The position numbers were made by a program, and so were the translations under genes. The notes beneath the pieces were generated by a model. It saw only the letters and a list, made by a program, of their open reading frames with translations. It had not been told where the DNA came from and searched no databases. From NCBI GenBank assembly GCA_964035545.1, contig OZ037771.1, forward strand, positions 13,143,133-13,207,132: a DNA stretch of 64,000 bases, given 5' to 3'. Each line of letters begins with the position of its first letter. The first letter of the stretch is position 1. Below are positions 57,541 to 64,000 of the stretch, in pieces. The DNA is from Bugula neritina (lineage: Eukaryota > Animalia > Bryozoa).

Positions 57541-58382
57541 CTAACTGCCACGATAGGTTGTGTAGTTGTAAGGACTAAGGAGCAGGGGCACATGGTGATG
57601 AATTACAGGCTCTTTGATTTTAAATACAATCTGAAAACATACAATATTAGTTATGCAACTTCTGGAAGCTTGAACATTTATTTCCAACAAATGAAGGCAA
57701 AATAGATTAGTAAAATCTTTGCTCACTTCAACGTATGGATAGAAGGTTTCTGTGTTTAGTTGATGGAAATACTCTTCTGTTTCGAACCTCATTTTGTATG
57801 TCCCAGCAACAAACTGGTCATTAGAGAGAAGGCCTGGTATCTTTCCATCACTGTTGGTTAACCTGTGCCATCATAAGTTTTCAGTAAAATATGCTACATC
57901 TTGTGAAAAGATGCTCTTGGAAAACTTATGATGTGTTTGGCAATCATTTAAAGAATATCAAAAAGTGAGTTTTGTATGTTATGACTTGAAATTAAAATAG
58001 AAAAAAGTGACGAACCCGGAGCTTAGATGAATGTTTTCTCCAGAGGAAGTAATTCTTGAAACAGAAATCTTTAGGTTTTGAGCCGGTAAACCATTAGAAG
58101 CGTTCAACACGTGTGTAGTCAATAAACTCATTCTTGGTACTGGATTGGCGCTGGAAGATGGCTAAGGAAATATAATGGAGATTGTTAGTGGTTGCATCTG
58201 GAAGGGAAAATCTTAATATTGATGACATTGAAAAAACTTTTAACAATCAGCTGTTGGTTTAATCTTTAAGTTACTATTGCAACACATTTTACTAGAAAAA
58301 GATGTGTTGGGCAGCTTCCACTTACTGTAATATTTGTTGAAATAACTTTGAGTCTTCTTGCAGAAGGATGTAAATCCGTCAT
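57541..58382 (-). CDS. URAH: 5-hydroxyisourate hydrolase (transthyretin-like protein), 4 coding exons
   Basis: Exons 58326-58382, 58016-58161, 57727-57862 and 57541-57630 give MTDLHPSARRLKVISTNIT-PSSSANPVPRMSLLTTHVLNASNGLPA...GLTNSDGKIPGLL...GTYKMRF...FYPYVEIVF...HHHVPLLLSPYNYTTYRGS*. The C-terminal YRGS is diagnostic of HIUase. Confidence 0.95.
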
Positions 58383-58899
58383 TAACAAATCTGTAACAAT
58401 TATATTGCTATTACTAGAAGATAGCATGAACTATTAGAGAGAGAAATTATTGAAAAAGTTTAGTTAGAAACAATAACAGCAAAACAAATACTTCAATGAA
58501 GAGAATTGGTAAAATATCAGATGCATTTCAATCCTTGTGAGATCAGTTTTAACAAAAAAGCTATTCTTTAATAATACACTAATAAGGACACAAATAATAA
58601 TATGAATACTATCACTTAGATTAACTTTAAGAGTGTTATTTAGCTAATTTCTTAAAACCCTAAACAACTATGAACTAAGCCTGTTTTACCAATACTATTT
58701 TGTTTTAAAGAACTTAAATAAAGTATATTAAATTTTCAATAAAACAATAGCAAGATAACTTCAACTACCTAAATACTCCATATTATGATCATCATTATGT
58801 TTCATTTGAAGGGACCTAAGATATAAGTAAAAGTTCAGATTGTAGCACAAAAAATTATATAATAAAATAATAATGGCAGACATAATGATAATGATGATG

Positions 58900-59700
58900 T
58901 TGGTTGAAAAAAAGCAAACAGAAGGACTGTTGTTGGCTGCACAAGATCAAGCACTTTTTACAACAAATTACAAGGTGGCCATAATGAAATAACAAGGCAG
59001 CAAAAAGTGTGGAATGTGTAATGTAAGGGAAAAAATGCGATGCATGTGTTTACTGAATGTGCGAAGCTAGCACAAGGAGAATATAAGAAAAGACACAACG
59101 ATGTGGCATCTGTAATTCACTAGCAGCTGTGTAAAATTTACAGTTTCAGAAGAGAAAGAATTGGTTTGACAACCCAGCAGAATCCATACTGGAAAATAAC
59201 AGCATAAAAATCTTGTGAGATTTCAACATATACACCGACAGGATAGTTAAAGCTAGGAGGCCTGATACAGTGGTAGTTGACAAACGTAATGCTGAAATAC
59301 AATTATCGATATCGCCATTCCTAGTGACCACCAAATAAAAAAAGAGAATCAGAGAAGACAAGAAAATATTAGGATCTACTTTTAGCACCAGAACTAACCT
59401 GTCTTTGGAAAACATCAACAAAACTCAAAAGTCATCCCCATTGTAATTGGAGCTCTTGGAGCTACATACAAAACTGTAGATTAGATGGCACTACTTGGAG
59501 TAGCTGAAAACAAATATTAACTGATTCATAAGACAGCTTAAGCCTTACTAGGATCAGCTCATATCTCCATTTTGAAAAAAGTTCTATTCATCTCAGCCTA
59601 GTCATAGTCATTCTGATTCTCATAGTCGAACTGGGCCGTTAGTAGAGGATTAGTACTACTGTTACACCAGCAAAAAAGCTGTGATACAACCAATTAAAAC
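58900..59700 (+). mobile_element. 5'-truncated, decayed non-LTR retrotransposon of the RLE type (R4/Dong-like)
   Basis: Translation through stops and frameshifts gives TEGLLLAAQDQAL, the CCHC knuckle CGMC...HVFTEC, YKKRHNDVA, IL*DFNIYTDRIVKARRPDTVVVDK, IIDIAIP and KVIPIVIGALG, the C-terminal restriction-like endonuclease signature. Confidence 0.88.
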
Positions 59701-60099
59701 GATTATGATAATGCTAAATCTAAATCATAATGATAAGGAAACTGATAATTATCATTATAAATTATAATGAAAATCATAATTTAATGAAAGTCAAAGTGAA
59801 ACAAAATTAAATTTAAAGTAACTTAGATTAATCCTTAAATCTATTAGTATTACTATTAGTATTACTATTAGTATTTAAACTTAAAGTAAATTTTTAGCGA
59901 TATTTTATATTATTTCTTAATTTTTTTTATGTTAAAGTTTTAACATGAGTAGGACACATAATAAACAACACATTATCAGTTGGTTTAACTTGTCATACTT
60001 ATTATGTGTACAAAAGATAAACACGAAAAATTTAAATAGGCCTTAAAAACTCCAAAAAAGCTGCAGCTGCATCTCACTTTGCATGTAAAATCCTTCTAG

Positions 60100-60350
60100 A
60101 GCTTACAACATGTATAGCAGGCAAATCTGCGATGTAAAATAGTTCAGTGTGTATATGCCTGCTGTACCTAAATGTCAAGCTTGAGTCACGCCTATTTTAG
60201 CCGTAAGTAGAATCAGTTTTTCAAATAAGACGAGTGGCCAGAAGGACTTTTCAGCGCATAAGCATAAAATCATCACTCTCAGCTACGTTTTTATATCCGT
60301 TTCCTGTAATTTAAATCCTTTAAAGAGCAAACCTGAGAGTGAGTAGACAA
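60100..60350. promoter_or_regulatory. Probable bidirectional promoter URAH / AMDHD2
   Basis: Both ATG exons are preceded by acceptors. A CpG-containing island here is bracketed by a minus-strand donor-like site (about 60168) and a plus-strand GTGAGT (about 60339). Inference. Confidence 0.4.
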
Positions 60351-61677
60351 ATACTAAATAAATGTAATAATATTCATGGTGTAAATCAGTAAATCACTAA
60401 ATGTAATTCACTAATTGTGATGTAAAACTAAATGTAATTACCAGTAAAGGCAACAGGTAAAGCCTTGCAAGTTTAAACTGTCCTATGCTACCTAATGTTA
60501 ATATTATTACTAATATATTACTAATACTAATACTAATAGTAATACTAATACTAATGTAATACTAATACTAATAGTAATAGTATTACTCAGTGAGTAAAAG
60601 TAATACTAATAGTAATACTAATAGTAATACTAATACTAATTGTAATACTAATAATAGAGAATAGAGTACTACTACTTGTACTACTGAGTACTAGCATTGT
60701 CATTGGGTTTCATTCCATCTCCATTAATCTATGGCGGTGGCCATAGGTCATAGCCCATAGGCATGGGTAGTATTAATACTAATAGACTAATCAATAAATC
60801 ACTCACTCTAATAGTAATGGGCTACGTATAATCATAATAGTTATAGTATGTAACTGATATCAACATGAGAATGAAAGTCTTAAAGTTGAATTTCAAATTG
60901 ATAGTCTTTTAAATTTTATAGAGTGGCCATCAAATTCAATCTCAATTAAATTCTTGTTTAAAGATTTTAATGATTCTCAATTTGGAGGTTGATAGTTACT
61001 CAACAGCTTAGTCTGTTTGTAGTTATTCTAATAGTAGGCTAATACTAATAGTAAATACTAATCAATATGATTATTATCACATCTGGCTCTTAATTTTGAT
61101 TTTCATCATAAAATGACAGACTTAGTATTGTTGCAGTTTTATGCAATTGACTACGTACTGTACGTGGTTTTAAATTTATGCGTGTATGAAAAGCTAGAAC
61201 ATGACTCTTTGTATTTATCCAAGAGAGAGAACTGCGAGTATTTTGAGGAATGATAACTATATTTACGGACTCAGCATTTAAGATAAGATATTGAGGTAAA
61301 ACAATAGCATAACATCAAAACCAGACATGAGTAGCAAAAAGCAATACTAGCTAAGTGTGTCTGGGCACGTGAATTGTCCTGCTTGATCCTGATTGGCCCC
61401 ACACATTTCGATCTCCCTGCCGATAGTTTGTCCCGCAGCAGAGGCCGCCACTCGCCTAGTAGAGAGTACCGAATCTCATGAGTGCAGTCATACAGTACAC
61501 ACGGTGTCATCAGAAACAAATGCTTCTCAGTTAGATGCTATTTATTTATTTTGGTACTATATCATAATTATGAGTAACCTAGTGACTTACTCATTTTGTA
61601 GCTGTAAATCTGTGACTGGATATGCAGTAAATTAGCTCCAACATACTTCAAATTCCAATGATAGGAATGTATCAATT

Positions 61678-61804
61678 AGGTGCAGTAATGGAGATTTTTT
61701 TTATTTATGGAGTCGGGTGCTGGTCGAAATCTGGTGATAGCAAGACTTTCTTTCAATATTTTTTATCTACAAAGCACCAGCTATTTTCAGTGTCTCTATT
61801 ACTA
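61678..61804. mobile_element. Possible MITE related to the 29115/32507 family
   Basis: Begins (T)AGGTGCAGTAATGGAGA and ends TCTCTATTACT, an imperfect inverted match. The interior is unrelated. Confidence 0.35.
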
Positions 61805-62040
61805 GTAACCATTTATAGTTTATGGTAGTAAAATAAATTCAAAATGGCAATTGTTGTTTAAGTAACGAAGCAATGCACTTTTGCTATCTGGTAAGTATAT
61901 TGGATGAGTTATTAAAACTGTTTGATCTTTACTTATATATTATTTTCATATTGCCCTTGCTCTTATGTAATGATGTTTCACTTAGTTTTTTAGCTTTTAA
62001 CACATTGAATTATTTTGCAGTGAATAGTTATAGGCTACAA

Positions 62041-64000
62041 ATGGCAACACAATCAGGCAAAGATATAGTTTACAAATTCTATAACTGCCGGATTTTAAAG
62101 AATCACAAAATATATTGGGACGATCTTTGGGTGAGTAAATAATTATAGTTGGAACATAACCTAGATTTATTTGTTCCTGCATTTTATCAAACTACTGTTA
62201 TATATAACCTGTAATATTGCTATATAAAACTCCCATAAATTCATAGTCGTCATCCCTGTGAGAAACCCCTGATGGAAAGGGTTTTTGTTAAATCGGACTA
62301 AGGACTTATTCATATGTGACGCAGGAACAATTATGAATGGATGCTCTTTCTAACATCACCAATGTCCTTTACTGGGGTTCAAGCCCATGATTTCGTGTTT
62401 AGTAAGCAAATGCTCCAACCCCTAGACAACTACTGTTCCCCAAGTAATATTGCTATATATGACATGTAATACTGTTATATATTACAAGTAATACATATAT
62501 AAATAATGCTGTCATTTTGAACAAATGATATTTTCAAGATTTCTAGTGGGAGTGTTCTACTTTACATGTTCATATCACTATCTGCCTGCTGGTACATTCA
62601 GCTGTATATTAGGTGCGAGACGGTGCAATACTCGACCCACAGAAGTGTTTCTATGGAGAAGTTATAAACCCTGATGTGAAAGTAGACTGTGGAGAGAGAC
62701 TTATAGTGGCTGGCTATATAGAGACACAAATTAATGGCTTGTATAATTATTACACATCTATTACTACAGCTTTACTATCTGCAATTATATGACATGATAC
62801 ACGCTATACATATATATTACTAGTCTTAGTGTATGTGACTACATTCTGAAATAATGGAAATATACCAGTGATAAATACTTTATGTTGCCCTTAAATATAT
62901 TCTGTGACTGCTTTTCATTTAGCATTAGTTAAGTAAAAACAGAGGCAGTCTGGAAAATATTAGCGCACGTACATATCAGCTAGACCCCTGTTGACACCTG
63001 TTGACGGTGTGTACAAATTGTAAACAGGTGCTTACGGAGTGGACTTCTCTGATGCCCACGCAGCAGCTGACTTACACGACGTTAAGAGAGGAATCATGAA
63101 AGTTGCCAAAGGTTTACTCTCTCATGGTGTGACGTCTTTCTGTCCCACCTTAGTTACGTCCCCACCTGCTTTTTACCAGAGGGTAATGAATCTAAATAAT
63201 ATGTAACAATCAACCTCATTGGCTTATTTTGTGGAGTCAGCCACTTATGGCTGCTCTTAATAGTCTCATAGTCTTTCACACTGAAAAAGATCATGGTAAA
63301 ATTTTAATACTTGGTGAAGGTAAGAGAGCAGTTTTTATACCTATACCCTGTGCTGTGTGCCTGTTGAAGCAATATTCATTGTTCTTAGGTGATTCCACAC
63401 ATTAGGAAAAGAGAAGGCAATTCTGATGGTGCTGGTATACTTGGAATACATTTGGAAGGACCATTCATTAGTAAAGAGAAGAAAGGAGCTCACCCTGAGC
63501 AGTTCATCGTATCAGATCTGACCAATGGGAGCTCTTCTCAGCCATCACATGCTCTGGAAGAGGTGTATGGCAATGAGTTCTACAGCAACACAGCTATAAT
63601 AACCATGGCTCCTGAGCTACCCGGTGCTTTAGATGTCATACGTCAGCTTACTAACATGAAAGATATCCGGGTATCTATAGGTAATGCATTGGTATGGCCT
63701 GTCATGTGTTGTCACCTGTTCTCATAGCTATTGTATTTGATATATAGTAGCAAGCACCTGCTACATAGTGTCAAGCACCTGTTACAGAGTAGCAAGCACC
63801 TGCTACATAGTAGCAAGCACCTGCTACAAAGTAGCAAGCACTGCTACAAAGTAGCAAGCACCTGTTACATAGTAGCAAGCACCTGGTACATAGTAGCAAG
63901 CACCTGTTACATAGTAGCAAGCTGAGTTTGAAGTTTCTAAACCTGTTCCAGGTCACTCAGTGGGAACTATTAAAGATGGAGAGAAAGCAGTGCTGGCCGG
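62041..64000 (+). CDS. AMDHD2: N-acetylglucosamine-6-phosphate deacetylase (NagA family), 5' part; continues beyond window
   Basis: Exons 62041-62130, 62613-62736, 63028-63182, 63389-63680 and 63952 onwards. They give KFYNCRIL...DDLWVRDGAILDP...AGYIETQINGAYGVDFS...HGVTSFCPTLVTS...GIHLEGPFISKEKKGAHP...ITMAPEL...VSIGHS. Confidence 0.95.
62227..62443 (-). mobile_element. tRNA-derived SINE, copy 4
   Basis: Same family on the minus strand, with a perfect 16-bp TSD GTAATATTGCTATATA at 62211-62226 and 62444-62459. Confidence 0.88.
63744..63922. repeat. 21-bp minisatellite, about 8 copies
   Basis: Unit ATAGTAGCAAGCACCTG(T/C)TAC. Confidence 0.92.

Noticed and set aside
61400-61520. Hammerhead ribozyme (CTGATGA ... 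CGAAA on minus strand)
   Set aside because: The core motifs are about 100 nt apart and I could not find the required stems.
152-64000. U12-type introns
   Set aside because: No reconstructed intron starts with (G/A)TATCCT.

Overview
Eukaryotic, intron-rich, AT-rich animal genomic DNA from an invertebrate bilaterian; the species cannot be fixed from sequence alone. Six spliced genes were reconstructed by hand. In order they are: the 3' end of alpha-spectrin (+); a complete Dachsous protocadherin (-, about 46 coding exons, about 3,370 aa); XRRA1 (-) head-to-head with PPP1R7/sds22 (+); and 5-hydroxyisourate hydrolase (-) head-to-head with the 5' part of GlcNAc-6-phosphate deacetylase AMDHD2 (+). 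Introns carry four copies of one tRNA-derived SINE, several MITE/foldback elements, a decayed R4/Dong-type retrotransposon fragment and about 30 locus-specific tandem repeats. The most striking pattern is that many intronic arrays start or end exactly at a splice junction and their unit is a copy of that junction, giving roughly 2 to 55 decoy 5' or 3' splice sites next to the real one. Also notable are two GC-AG introns (one with a very weak donor) and an HIU hydrolase with a degenerate PTS2 and an Arg-to-Lys active-site change. Most long ORFs in the supplied track are repeat or antisense artefacts. All exon coordinates were read manually and need RNA-seq confirmation.
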